Assembly: GCA_902783315.1 (NCBI GenBank)
Contig: CACZQK010000019.1
Location: 1-51,863, forward strand
Direction: 5' to 3'
DNA from: an uncultured Erysipelotrichaceae bacterium
GTDB lineage: Bacteria; Bacillota_I; Bacilli_A; RF39; UBA660
DNA length: 51,863 nucleotides
Below the pieces are notes generated by a model that saw nothing but the letters and a program-made list of their open reading frames with translations, searched no databases and was not told the DNA's origin. The position numbers and the translations under genes are program-made. Positions 38,901-48,412 of this stretch are shown piece after piece (position 1 is the stretch's first letter; each line of letters opens with the position of its first letter).

Positions 38901-39557
38901 TTACTGAACAATCGATTCCAATAAAAATAAACGATTATTCATAATATCATTTTTAATTGCTTCCATGTTTTTACGAATAGTCTCAACTAACTCTTTTACT
39001 TTAATATCAAGATTTTTCTTTTCCAAGTTTGAAACAATAATAGTTAAATTCATAATCTTTGAATATTTACCATAAAGTTTATTTTTTAAAGTAACATTTA
39101 ACAAATTTTTAAAAGAAAGAATATCTATATTATCAAATCTTTTATCTTCCAATATTTTAAAAGCAGTTGATAGATAATGATTAGAAAGAGCAATATCCAT
39201 AGCTGTTTCACCCCTATTATTTTTAATATTAGGCAAATAATTTTTCTTTTTAGTTAATTGTTCCATAACTTTAATGGCCATCGCAGAGTCATCATGTGCT
39301 AAAATATGCCCAAATGTATTTCCATCAATATTTTTATGATTAACATCCCAATTTTTCTTTTTCATAATTTCCATAACAAAATCATACTGCTTAGCTTTTA
39401 ACAAGCGAATAACTACATCATTACCAACACAATCAACCACATTAACATTAATCTCATTATTAAGGACAAGCCTTACTACTTCTTCATATTCACTTCGTTT
39501 AAATAAAGAATTTACCAAATCTTGATTTTCTACACATGTTATCATATTTTTTCTCAT
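38901..39557 (-). CDS. Ankyrin-repeat protein
   Basis: INVNVVDCVGND, DVNHKNIDGNTFGH, PNIKNNRGETAMDIA at about 35-aa spacing. Confidence 0.75.
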   Translation of the reverse strand: MRKNMITCVENQDLVNSLFKRSEYEEVVRLVLNNEINVNVVDCVGNDVVIRLLKAKQYDFVMEIMKKKNWDVNHKNIDGNTFGHILAHDDSAMAIKVMEQLTKKKNYLPNIKNNRGETAMDIALSNHYLSTAFKILEDKRFDNIDILSFKNLLNVTLKNKLYGKYSKIMNLTIIVSNLEKKNLDIKVKELVETIRKNMEAIKNDIMNNRLFLLESIVQ

Positions 39558-39587
39558 AAAACACCTCTTTACACGTGACAGTTAAAT

Positions 39588-39616
39588 ATTCTAACAGGGC
39601 AAAATAAAAGTGTCAA
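39588..39616 (-). promoter_or_regulatory. SigA promoter of ankyrin gene
   Basis: TTGACA-N17-TAGAAT with TG extension. Confidence 0.75.
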
Positions 39617-39789
39617 ATGACTAATTACCAATAACATAAAAAATTCTTATTACTTGATTTTTATTAAAATACAAACAAAAAAAGAGAAAGTCAAGAAAAC
39701 TTTTCTTTTTTTTTCAATTTAGAAATAAATAATTTATATAAAAACCAATCTATGATTTAGTTAATTACAAATAAAACAATAGATTTCTA

Positions 39790-39972
39790 TTACAAAACAT
39801 TAAGAATATAAGATCACTAAATAGAAAATAACACAATCAACAACGCAATCTATATTATGATAATCATAAAAACACCCAATTTTAGGATCTAGTTTATCCC
39901 CTAATTACTATTAAAACCACTTTTTTTAATTACATAATATTCTTCATTTTCATCAGTGTGACTATTACTCAT
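39790..39972 (-). pseudogene. Interrupted small membrane-protein reading frame
   Basis: AGGTAGGGG RBS plus ATG; MSNSHTDENEEYYVIKKSGFNSN*GIN*ILKLGVFMIIII*IALLIVLFSI**SYILNVL*. Confidence 0.4.
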
Positions 39973-40068
39973 AAATTATTCCCCTACCTAACACTATATA
40001 TTACAATTTCAAATTTCAATTAAATTGCAATATCTAATATATTTTTGGGTTTAATATGAATAAAAAGT

Positions 40069-40107
40069 AAAAAACACAAATAATTAATGCAATAATTTGT
40101 GTTTTTT
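40069..40107 (-). terminator. Intrinsic terminator after SPFH gene
   Basis: AAAAAACACAAAT...ATTTGTGTTTTTT inverted repeat. Confidence 0.7.
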
Positions 40108-40126
40108 AAACAAACATATAAATAAA

Positions 40127-41251
40127 TTAGCCTAATTTAGTTCCACAATTTGAACAAAATTTAGCACCATTAGTAGCTGTTCCACAATTTGGACAAAACT
40201 TAGCACCAGCAACAGGGGTTACTGCCTCATTAGCAGCTCCTGATTGCAAATCTTTCGCACTAACACCAGGATTTTGGAAAGCACCTTGAGCAGTGCCACC
40301 AACCATTCCTCCACTAGCCATGTTCATCATTCCAACTCCCATTAAGCCAGCAGCTGCTCCATTAGCATTGTTTGCAGCATCTTGAACAGCTCTTCCATAA
40401 GAACCAACAAGTGTTCCTTGTTGCATATAGCTATTTGAAGAAAGTTCATAATTATCAATCTTCTTCTCAGATTCATCATCTAATGTTACAGATTCAACCA
40501 CAAAACCTTCCAAGCTCATACCACGATCACGAATTGGCTGGTCAAAAACTTTTTCATCCATTACTTTTTTAATCTCAGCAGTTGCACTAGGTAATTCAAG
40601 TACAGGAATTTTATGTACACTATTTCCCATCTCGTTTAAGACATTTTGAAAAGCGCCAATAACTTCAGATCTCATTTGATCTATAATAGTCTCTTTGCGA
40701 TACTCATCAGCAGTTCCAGCAATTTTACTCATAAACAAAGCTGGATTATTAATAGTAAATGTATATTTACCAAAACATTTAACTTCTACTCGCAATGGTG
40801 TCATTTCTCCAGTCATTTGATTTGGAATAGGATGAGACCAATCCTGAAAAGGAATTGGAGCAGGAGTACCAAATTTATTATCAATAATTTCTTTTCCATT
40901 AATATAAAAAACTGCCTGCTCTTTACTAGTCCCTCCTCCATACGTAAAACGAGTCCACATTTCTTTAAAAACATCTCCAAATTGTCCTGCAAAAAAAGAA
41001 GGTGAAGTGGATTGATCAAACGTAAAAATTCCATCCTCAGCAGTAGCATCTAAAATTTGCCCATTTTGAAATATAACAGCAATTTGACCAGGTGCAACTT
41101 GAATTGCACTATCCTTACTAATAATACCATTAGGAGTAGTGACTTTCTTCATTAAAATATCATTTCCTAAATCATCACATTTAATGTACTCTTTCCATTG
41201 ATCATGTAAAGTGCCACCAACAGCACCAACTACAGCTTTAACTAAACCCAT
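40127..41251 (-). CDS. SPFH/band-7 domain protein with C-terminal double zinc ribbon (YdjI-like)
   Basis: I-x-V-x-PGQ-x-A, KFGTP-x-PI, FGKYTF, Gly/Met-rich linker, KFCPNCG...KFCSNCG. Confidence 0.88.
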   Translation of the reverse strand: MGLVKAVVGAVGGTLHDQWKEYIKCDDLGNDILMKKVTTPNGIISKDSAIQVAPGQIAVIFQNGQILDATAEDGIFTFDQSTSPSFFAGQFGDVFKEMWTRFTYGGGTSKEQAVFYINGKEIIDNKFGTPAPIPFQDWSHPIPNQMTGEMTPLRVEVKCFGKYTFTINNPALFMSKIAGTADEYRKETIIDQMRSEVIGAFQNVLNEMGNSVHKIPVLELPSATAEIKKVMDEKVFDQPIRDRGMSLEGFVVESVTLDDESEKKIDNYELSSNSYMQQGTLVGSYGRAVQDAANNANGAAAGLMGVGMMNMASGGMVGGTAQGAFQNPGVSAKDLQSGAANEAVTPVAGAKFCPNCGTATNGAKFCSNCGTKLG

Positions 41252-41316
41252 AAAAATCTCCTTATCTAAATAAATTATTAATTCTATTATACATCAGTTT
41301 TTATCCATTTGAAAGA

Positions 41317-42135
41317 TTATTTTTTATCTTCAACAATAGAATCACAAAAAAGATCTTTTTCCAATTTAACCTTTAATGTGGAATTATCAATATTATTTAA
41401 CAACCCACTTTTATAAGAAACCTTATTATATCTATTCAAACGATACACAAAAAACATAGTTAAAATAAAAGACATAGTTGTAGATAAAATAATAATTTCT
41501 ATCCAAGGAATAACTTTAATAATCTTACCATTACTACTAACTCGATAGTCACCATTACGATTAAGATTAAAAAAACCATCTAATATTTTTATATAAGTAT
41601 TAGTAGCAGAATAGTATTTAGCTTCCTTAATATCAGAATAAATATACTTTAATATATCATGAATTCTATCATCTGTATAAATAGTAAACACCTTACCAGT
41701 CTCATCACCACTATTTCCCATAAAAATTTCAGGGGTACCGTCAATAACACATATAACAAAAACAATTCCATCTTCTTTAAAATCATTATAATCATAGAAA
41801 TGATAAGCATAATCTTGAACTAAATAGCCATTAGTATTATTTGTAGTAACAATAGCAACATCAATAGCACTTGTATTGATAAATGCATTTACTTGCTTGT
41901 AAAGCTTTTTTTCTTCTTCATCAGTATACAAATCAGCATAATCATATATCTTTTCACTAGAATCAACGGCAGGTGTCTGCAATATTTCTTGAATATTACT
42001 CTCATCCACAACAATATTTTTAGGAGTTAAAGGAGCATCGATTGTTCTAGTATAAGTATTAATACTAGCAAAAGAATTACTTGGAAAAAGTAAAAACAAA
42101 AAAACCAAAAAAACAAAATATCGCTTATATCTCAT
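41317..42135 (-). CDS. TPM-domain membrane protein (YdjH-like)
   Basis: Signal peptide, IYDYADL-x-TDEEE, DVAIVT, DGIVFVI, C-terminal TM. Confidence 0.85.
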   Translation of the reverse strand: MRYKRYFVFLVFLFLLFPSNSFASINTYTRTIDAPLTPKNIVVDESNIQEILQTPAVDSSEKIYDYADLYTDEEEKKLYKQVNAFINTSAIDVAIVTTNNTNGYLVQDYAYHFYDYNDFKEDGIVFVICVIDGTPEIFMGNSGDETGKVFTIYTDDRIHDILKYIYSDIKEAKYYSATNTYIKILDGFFNLNRNGDYRVSSNGKIIKVIPWIEIIILSTTMSFILTMFFVYRLNRYNKVSYKSGLLNNIDNSTLKVKLEKDLFCDSIVEDKK

Positions 42136-42147
42136 AAAAACCTCCTC

Positions 42148-43077
42148 CTACAAAAAATATGCTATTAAAAATGAAAGTAAAAATATTATACTAAAAGAGA
42201 AAATAGCAAAAAGAACAGTTTCAACAATTCCCATAGGAATATCAAAATAAAATTTTCCATTTTGACCATTCATAATAAATTGGTATATTTTATTTTTATA
42301 TTTTACATTTAATAAATAAACAGGAACAAATAACTCTTTTGTATCAGCAAAAGTAATAGTCGTTTTGTCTGTTTTCAGTTTTTTTAAAGGATGTGGAATA
42401 TTTTGCCGAGCAACAGCCATAGTTTGCTTAGATATTTTTTCACGAGCCTTCTCAGAAACAGTAGCTACCGACATATTATCAACTAAATAAAAGGATTGAG
42501 ACTTACCAGAAAAATCAATCTTTTCCAAATGACTAAAATCATAATTACATATGGTTTGAAAAATTTTATCATCAATTTTTGAATTAATGTTTAATAAAAC
42601 ATCACAATAATCAAAATGAATAGTTTCAAAAACAGTATAACGCTTTGTTTCCATTACATTATAAGAATTTTTTCCACGCTCACCCCCTAAGAAATAAAGC
42701 TCCCCTTTTTGATTAACATTCGATAAAAAGCAAGGCAAATAAACATCTTTTACCAACCACATAACTTTCTTTTTTTTGAATTGGATAGGAACAAGAGGAT
42801 TCCAAAAGACTTTTCTTTTATACATTCGAATAAAGTCTTTAGTTAATTTATTAAAGGGAACAAGATAAGAATTTTTAAAATTAGTATAAGAGTCTTCAAC
42901 AATCCCATTCTCACAACAAATTATACAATTATCAATATTCTGCTTAGCAAAGGAATAAAAAGTACTGCCACAACGACTACAATTATATTGAAATGCAGAA
43001 CTATTTAACCCTTTCGCTAATTCTGGACTGTTCTCAACAGACTCATCTTTATATAAAGAGTCTTCATCATAAAGCAT
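42148..43077 (-). CDS. Zinc-ribbon membrane protein (YdjG-like)
   Basis: CSRCG...CIIC, LVPF, YLP, VPVY, MNGQNGK, C-terminal TM. Confidence 0.8.
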   Translation of the reverse strand: MLYDEDSLYKDESVENSPELAKGLNSSAFQYNCSRCGSTFYSFAKQNIDNCIICCENGIVEDSYTNFKNSYLVPFNKLTKDFIRMYKRKVFWNPLVPIQFKKKKVMWLVKDVYLPCFLSNVNQKGELYFLGGERGKNSYNVMETKRYTVFETIHFDYCDVLLNINSKIDDKIFQTICNYDFSHLEKIDFSGKSQSFYLVDNMSVATVSEKAREKISKQTMAVARQNIPHPLKKLKTDKTTITFADTKELFVPVYLLNVKYKNKIYQFIMNGQNGKFYFDIPMGIVETVLFAIFSFSIIFLLSFLIAYFL

Positions 43078-43134
43078 AAAATCACTCCTTCTAGCATAAT
43101 TAAATTATATCAAACAAATTCACAGAGAACAATG

Positions 43135-43163
43135 AAAAAAGTAGAATATAAAAAATTCTACTT
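43135..43163 (-). terminator. Intrinsic terminator of serS
   Basis: AAGTAGAAT-loop-ATTCTACTTTTTT. Confidence 0.7.
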
Positions 43164-43179
43164 GTCATAATCACACATT

Positions 43180-44466
43180 TTATTTTTTTGGTTCTATACT
43201 TGTCTTTCCACCCATATAAGATTGTAATACTTTCGGTATCTTAATTGAACCATCTTCTTGATAATTATTTTCAATCAAAGCAATCAATCCTCTAGGAGTC
43301 GCCACAACTGTATTATTTAAAGTATGCAAATAATAAGTTCCTTTTTCGCCTTTTGCACGAATTCCTAATCGTCTAGCCTGTGCATCTCCCAAAGTACTAC
43401 AACTTCCTACTTCAAAATATTTTTTCTGTCTTGGACTCCATGCCTCTATATCACAAGATTTTACTTTTAAATCCGCTAAATCCCCACTACAACATTCTAA
43501 TTGACGAACTGGAATATCAAAATTACGGAAAATATCAACAGTTAATTTCCACATTTTTTCATACCATTTCATAGAATCCTCTGGTTCACAAATAACAATC
43601 ATTTCTTGTTTTTCAAATTGATGAACACGGTATAAACCTCGTTCTTCTAAGCCATGAGAGCCACCTTCTTTTCGAAAACATGGAGAATAGCTTGTCATAT
43701 GAATAGGTAACTCTTCCTTTTTAATAATCTGATCTTTAAACTTTCCAATCATAGAATGCTCACTAGTTCCAATTAAATACAAATCTTCTCCCTCAATTTT
43801 GTACATCATAGCTTGCATTTCTGGAAATGACATAACACCAGTGACAACATCACTATGAATCATAAAAGGTGGGATTGCATAAGTAAATCCTGCATCAATC
43901 ATAAAATCTCTTGCATAAGCAATCATAGCCTCATGTAACCGAGCTATATCACCTAACAAATAATAAAAGCCTTGTCCACTTGTTCTACCCGCAGAATCTT
44001 TATCAATTCCCCCAACTTTCTCAAGAATATCAGCATGATAAGGAATTTCATATGAAGGAACTACTGGATCTCCAAATCTTTGAACTTCCACATTTTCTGT
44101 ATCATCATGACCAATAGGAACAGATGAATCAATAATTTGCGGAATAACCATCATTTTTTCACGGATATTGATGGTTAGGCAATCTTGCTCCTTTTCCAAA
44201 TCTGCTATTTCATTTGACATCTTACTAATATCTTCTTTTATTTTATTAGCATCTTCCTTCTTACCATCCTTCATAAGCTTACCAATTTCACCACTAAGCC
44301 TATTCTTATCGGCTTTCAATCCATCAGCCTTAACTTGTACTTCACGTACCCTCTTATCAAGTTCAAAAACCTCATCTACTAAAGGAAGTTTTTCATCTTG
44401 AAATTTCTTTTTAATATTTTCTTTTACTAAATCCTTATTTTCTCTTATTAATTTAATATCTATCAT
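43180..44466 (-). CDS. serS: Serine--tRNA ligase
   Basis: N-terminal coiled coil, LIGTSE, CFRKE, RVHQFEKQE, HTLN. Confidence 0.97.
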   Translation of the reverse strand: MIDIKLIRENKDLVKENIKKKFQDEKLPLVDEVFELDKRVREVQVKADGLKADKNRLSGEIGKLMKDGKKEDANKIKEDISKMSNEIADLEKEQDCLTINIREKMMVIPQIIDSSVPIGHDDTENVEVQRFGDPVVPSYEIPYHADILEKVGGIDKDSAGRTSGQGFYYLLGDIARLHEAMIAYARDFMIDAGFTYAIPPFMIHSDVVTGVMSFPEMQAMMYKIEGEDLYLIGTSEHSMIGKFKDQIIKKEELPIHMTSYSPCFRKEGGSHGLEERGLYRVHQFEKQEMIVICEPEDSMKWYEKMWKLTVDIFRNFDIPVRQLECCSGDLADLKVKSCDIEAWSPRQKKYFEVGSCSTLGDAQARRLGIRAKGEKGTYYLHTLNNTVVATPRGLIALIENNYQEDGSIKIPKVLQSYMGGKTSIEPKK

Positions 44467-45410
44467 ACTTTTTCTCCTTTTCCTATTGAAATATTAAAAT
44501 CTAATTTATTAAAAATATTTTGATATAATAATTTGTCAATTTCTAAATCAGTAAATCTTTTTTTTAAAAGATTTGTCATTTCTTTCTTAATACTAGAATA
44601 ATCAAATATCATATCCCCAAAATTTTCATCAAACAATGCCTTATAAAATTCCATATCATCGGATGATACACATACATGATCAATTCCAAGTAAGGAAACA
44701 GCCCGTGTAATATGTTCCAAATAAGCATCTTTTAAATTCTCATGATTATCAGAGTCTCTAGTAAAAACACTATAAGCAACAATCCCTAAAAGGCCTCCAA
44801 CACTGCCTAGCGCTTTAATTTGGTCATCATCTAAATTTCTCTCATGATGACATATTTCATAACAATTTGAATGGCTAGCAATCACCTTAACCTCTTTCCC
44901 CAAGCTTTGTTGTTCTCTAATCAAATCAATTGTATCATAAAATGTCTTTTTATTCATATGACTTAAATCTAATGAAATTCCTAAATCAATGGCCTTTATT
45001 AAAAATTCTTTTCCCAAATCAGTAAGCCCATAATCACCTCGATTACCAGAACCATACTTATTAGGACAATTCCACACAAGCAAAATATTACGAAGACCTA
45101 AATCATATAATCTTTCAAGTTCAGAAATATCATTAATATAATCACAACCTTCAATACTAAAGACAACCTTTTCGTTTGGAAGATATTTTTGAAACATTTC
45201 GATAGACCTTTGAAACATCTCAATAACATCAAAATTTCTACTACCAAGTTCTCTCTCCATTTCATCTAAGCTCATATAATAAAGATTTGCTATCAGCCCC
45301 GAGACATTTCCATCATGAAAATTCTTAATCCATTTATCCAAAAAAGAATAATCATTTTTTTTATAACAATAATACATAATTGACAACAAATCATGATGTA
45401 AATCAATCAC
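44463..45410 (-). CDS. Membrane dipeptidase (peptidase M19) family protein
   Basis: IDLHHD, SIEG, DLSH, ASHSN, RNLDD, SSD. Confidence 0.88.
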   Translation of the reverse strand: MIDLHHDLLSIMYYCYKKNDYSFLDKWIKNFHDGNVSGLIANLYYMSLDEMERELGSRNFDVIEMFQRSIEMFQKYLPNEKVVFSIEGCDYINDISELERLYDLGLRNILLVWNCPNKYGSGNRGDYGLTDLGKEFLIKAIDLGISLDLSHMNKKTFYDTIDLIREQQSLGKEVKVIASHSNCYEICHHERNLDDDQIKALGSVGGLLGIVAYSVFTRDSDNHENLKDAYLEHITRAVSLLGIDHVCVSSDDMEFYKALFDENFGDMIFDYSSIKKEMTNLLKKRFTDLEIDKLLYQNIFNKLDFNISIGKGEKV

Positions 45411-45440
45411 AAAATCATCTCCTCAAGTAATATAAAAATG

Positions 45441-45627
45441 AAAAAAAGGCAGTACAAGGAGTGCATAATAATACACGGTACCATCCTTTTTTTTACTTAA
45501 TTAAATAACGGCATTAACCGGGATTTCTCCATCTATAGAGTAGATAAATAAGCATTTAATAGTGTTTTCACCAACCACACATTCTCTAAAATTAAATAAT
45601 CTTATTATTAGTTCTAATCATCGACTT
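45441..45627 (-). ncRNA. T-box riboswitch (probable Ser, UCU specifier)
   Basis: AGAGA and GGTTGGTGAAA Stem I boxes, CCGTTA element, antiterminator AAGGA-TGGTACC-GTGTAT/ATGCAC-TCCTT, U7 tract; upstream of serS operon. Confidence 0.9.
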
Positions 45628-45633
45628 ATTGAT

Positions 45634-45662
45634 ATTATAATCAAAATAATCGTTTTTTTCAA
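45634..45662 (-). promoter_or_regulatory. SigA promoter of T-box leader
   Basis: TTGAAA-N17-TATAAT. Confidence 0.8.
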
Positions 45663-45748
45663 GAAAAAACAGTAAATATTATAACTCTCTCTATTTTCTT
45701 TAAATAATAGACAAAGCTTTTATACTAAACTTTATAACCAACTTATTT

Positions 45749-46891
45749 CTAACGAATTTGGCAAGAACCGTTAAAAGAAGTATCTATAGAATGAAAATCC
45801 ATATTGATAACAGAATCAGTAGTAATAGAATCAATAGAAGTCTCAGGTATTCCTTTTTCTAAATCACCAACACTCACAAAGTATTGATAAGTACCATTAT
45901 TATATTCTACTTTAACATACCCACTAATTACTTCTCTAGAATAATAAAGGGGTAAGTAAACATAATTTCCTAAGTCAGGATAAGAAAAATAATATATACC
46001 TGCATTAGAAAAAGCATCTTTTCCACATTCAAAATTTCCTTTCACAATAGCTTTTTCAGTTTTAGAAACGATTCTTTTTGCAGCATAAACATAATAATAA
46101 GAAGGAAATGAACTAATTTTCTTTTTTATCTCATCAAAATGGAAAAAGGCAACAATAGCAAATGAACCAAATAAAAAAATAGAAACAACTGTTAAAAATA
46201 TTTTTTTATATTTATATTCTCTTTCTAAAAATGTAGTATCATCTAAAGAAGAAGTAAATGCATGTCCTTCATAAAAACGATTTCCATAACCTATGAATAA
46301 AAGATAAACAAATGATAATAAAGCCGTTAAAATGCCATTATAGCGAAAACTTTTCCCTAAATGATAAAGAAGAAGAAGAAAAATAATTTGACCAACAATA
46401 GGAACAAAAAGCAAAACTCCAATCCAAGACTTATGAAAAACAATATCCGACAACACCATACCATTATAAACAGGAATTAAAGCAGACCACCAAAGTTTAT
46501 TACATTTCATAAAGATTAATTCAATGGCATAAATATATAAGAATAAGATTGAAATTATGATAGCAAAAACAGAAAAAACAAAAGTTGAATTATTAAAAAA
46601 GCAAAAGATGAGAGATACAACATATGCTAAAAGAGTGGCAAAAAAGCAAATCTTTTTACTCCCTGTACTATTTCCAATACTTGTTTGAACAGCCGTATCA
46701 TTATTTTGAACAGCAAATTTTCCTGATCCAACTTGATAAGTTCCTTTTTCTTCAATCGAAATAAAAGGTCTCATTTCTTTATTAGCATCGTGATTATAAT
46801 TCAAATTACCACATTTCATACAATAACGAGAATTATCATTCATTTCTGCTCCACATCTAGAACAATATATTACATTTTTTTCTTCATTCAT
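45749..46891 (-). CDS. Zinc-ribbon plus DUF5684-like membrane protein
   Basis: CSRCG...CMKCG, WWSALIPVYN, several TM helices, C-terminal soluble domain. Confidence 0.75.
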   Translation of the reverse strand: MNEEKNVIYCSRCGAEMNDNSRYCMKCGNLNYNHDANKEMRPFISIEEKGTYQVGSGKFAVQNNDTAVQTSIGNSTGSKKICFFATLLAYVVSLIFCFFNNSTFVFSVFAIIISILFLYIYAIELIFMKCNKLWWSALIPVYNGMVLSDIVFHKSWIGVLLFVPIVGQIIFLLLLYHLGKSFRYNGILTALLSFVYLLFIGYGNRFYEGHAFTSSLDDTTFLEREYKYKKIFLTVVSIFLFGSFAIVAFFHFDEIKKKISSFPSYYYVYAAKRIVSKTEKAIVKGNFECGKDAFSNAGIYYFSYPDLGNYVYLPLYYSREVISGYVKVEYNNGTYQYFVSVGDLEKGIPETSIDSITTDSVINMDFHSIDTSFNGSCQIR

Positions 46892-46969
46892 CTATTATCA
46901 CCATCTTATCAACTATATCTATTTTATCATAGAAAATAGTTCATGATTCAAAAAAATAAAAAAGAAGCA

Positions 46970-47230
46970 TTATTTTGCCTCTATAATTAACTTTATAGCC
47001 GTTCTTTCTTCTCCAGCAATTGATATATCTTGAAATGCAGGAATACAAACTAAATTTTTTCCAGAAGGAGCAACAAATCCCCTAGCAATAGCAATAGCTT
47101 TAATAGCTTGATTAAGAGCACCAGCACCCACCGCTTGAACTTCAACTACACCTTTCTCTCGAAATACATTAGCTAATGCTCCTGCTACACTATTTGGGTT
47201 TGATTTACTACTAACTTTTAATATTTCCAT
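46970..47230 (-). CDS. spoVS: Stage V sporulation protein S
   Basis: MEILKVSSKSNPNSVAGALA...GAGALNQAIKAIAIARGF. Confidence 0.97.
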   Translation of the reverse strand: MEILKVSSKSNPNSVAGALANVFREKGVVEVQAVGAGALNQAIKAIAIARGFVAPSGKNLVCIPAFQDISIAGEERTAIKLIIEAK

Positions 47231-47319
47231 AATTTCCTCACTTTCATAATTAATAATATGAACAAATTATAAAAATATGTAATAAAACCTTTGAAAACAA
47301 AAATAAAAAGTAAATAGCA

Positions 47320-48330
47320 TTAATTATTACTATCTACAATTTTACGAACAACTTTAAATAATCTTTTATATCCATCTTGATTTAAATGAACTCCATCATC
47401 TGTATACTTTTCATTCAACTTATCGTTAACACTAAGTTCAGAAAAAACATCAAAATAATGTACATGAACATCATCACAAATAATCTTCAACTCCTGATTA
47501 AACTTTATCAAATCTTTATTATCCTTTTCTAAAAACATATCATCTGGATAGCCATCCACATCTTTATTAATAGGGAAAAAAGACTCTACATATATTTCTG
47601 CATAAGGACGATTTTCTTTCGTTTGAGTTATAATATCCCGAATATTTCTTAAAATATCAGAATCACTCTTTCCATCTAAATAATCTGCTATTCCTAATTC
47701 AAAAAAAACAACTGAAGGATTATAATCATAGATGTTTTTTTTCATAGAGTCTAAAATATCATCAGTAAAAAGCTCTCTTTTACTATTTTTTACATATGGA
47801 AAAGACCCCCCCAATTCATCTAAAGAAAAATCATCAGTATGATATCCACCTATAAACAAGCAATTAGTATCAATTATATTATCTTTTTTAACATTACTAT
47901 CTTTCTTTTCTACAACACCTTTTTTATTATTATTACCCTTGTCAACAAAAAAACGATTATTAAAAAGAAAGACAAAAACCAACGCAAATAAAGACACAAA
48001 ACCCAAAAAATAAAAAGTATTTCGAAACCTTCTAATAGTAGAAACATTAACTCTCTTCTTTTTACTATTCTTTTTCTCTAGTTTTGCTTCTTTAGTTAAA
48101 TTATTTTGTCTTCTTCCCTCCAAAAAACTAGTGTCCAAAGACTCAAAATCATTTAATCTATCCTTATCAATGCGGATTCTTGTTGTATTTTCAAGGAGAT
48201 TCCTATCTTTAAAAAGAGATTCCTTTTTGCCACCATTTCGATTATTGTTTCTCATTGAATTATGATTACGATTATAACTAGGATTATGTCTATTTTTCAC
48301 ACCATTACCATAAGGCCTTTTTCTTCCCAT
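47320..48330 (-). CDS. Membrane-anchored SGNH/GDSL-fold protein, catalytic Ser absent
   Basis: Block V DGVHL intact; block I FIGGYHT, block III LGIAD; start MGRKRP. Confidence 0.8.
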   Translation of the reverse strand: MGRKRPYGNGVKNRHNPSYNRNHNSMRNNNRNGGKKESLFKDRNLLENTTRIRIDKDRLNDFESLDTSFLEGRRQNNLTKEAKLEKKNSKKKRVNVSTIRRFRNTFYFLGFVSLFALVFVFLFNNRFFVDKGNNNKKGVVEKKDSNVKKDNIIDTNCLFIGGYHTDDFSLDELGGSFPYVKNSKRELFTDDILDSMKKNIYDYNPSVVFFELGIADYLDGKSDSDILRNIRDIITQTKENRPYAEIYVESFFPINKDVDGYPDDMFLEKDNKDLIKFNQELKIICDDVHVHYFDVFSELSVNDKLNEKYTDDGVHLNQDGYKRLFKVVRKIVDSNN

Positions 48331-48412
48331 ACTACCAACCTTCCTACGAAAAATATTATACCAAAAAAAAAGAAAAATGGAAATTTTTATTTCCACAAAT
48401 AAAAAGAAAGAA

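Noticed and set aside
2533-39986. 15-bp identity TAAATTATTCCCCTA at 2533-2547 and 39972-39986
   Set aside because: Matches of this length are expected by chance in 52 kb of AT-rich DNA
39991-40005. NrdR-box-like ACACTATATATTACA
   Set aside because: Single copy, mismatched 3' half, far from nrd genes; overlaps a likely -10 element
47253-47280. SigE/SigK-like promoter before spoVS (CATA-N15-CATATTAT)
   Set aside because: Spacing fits neither consensus well; too weak to call
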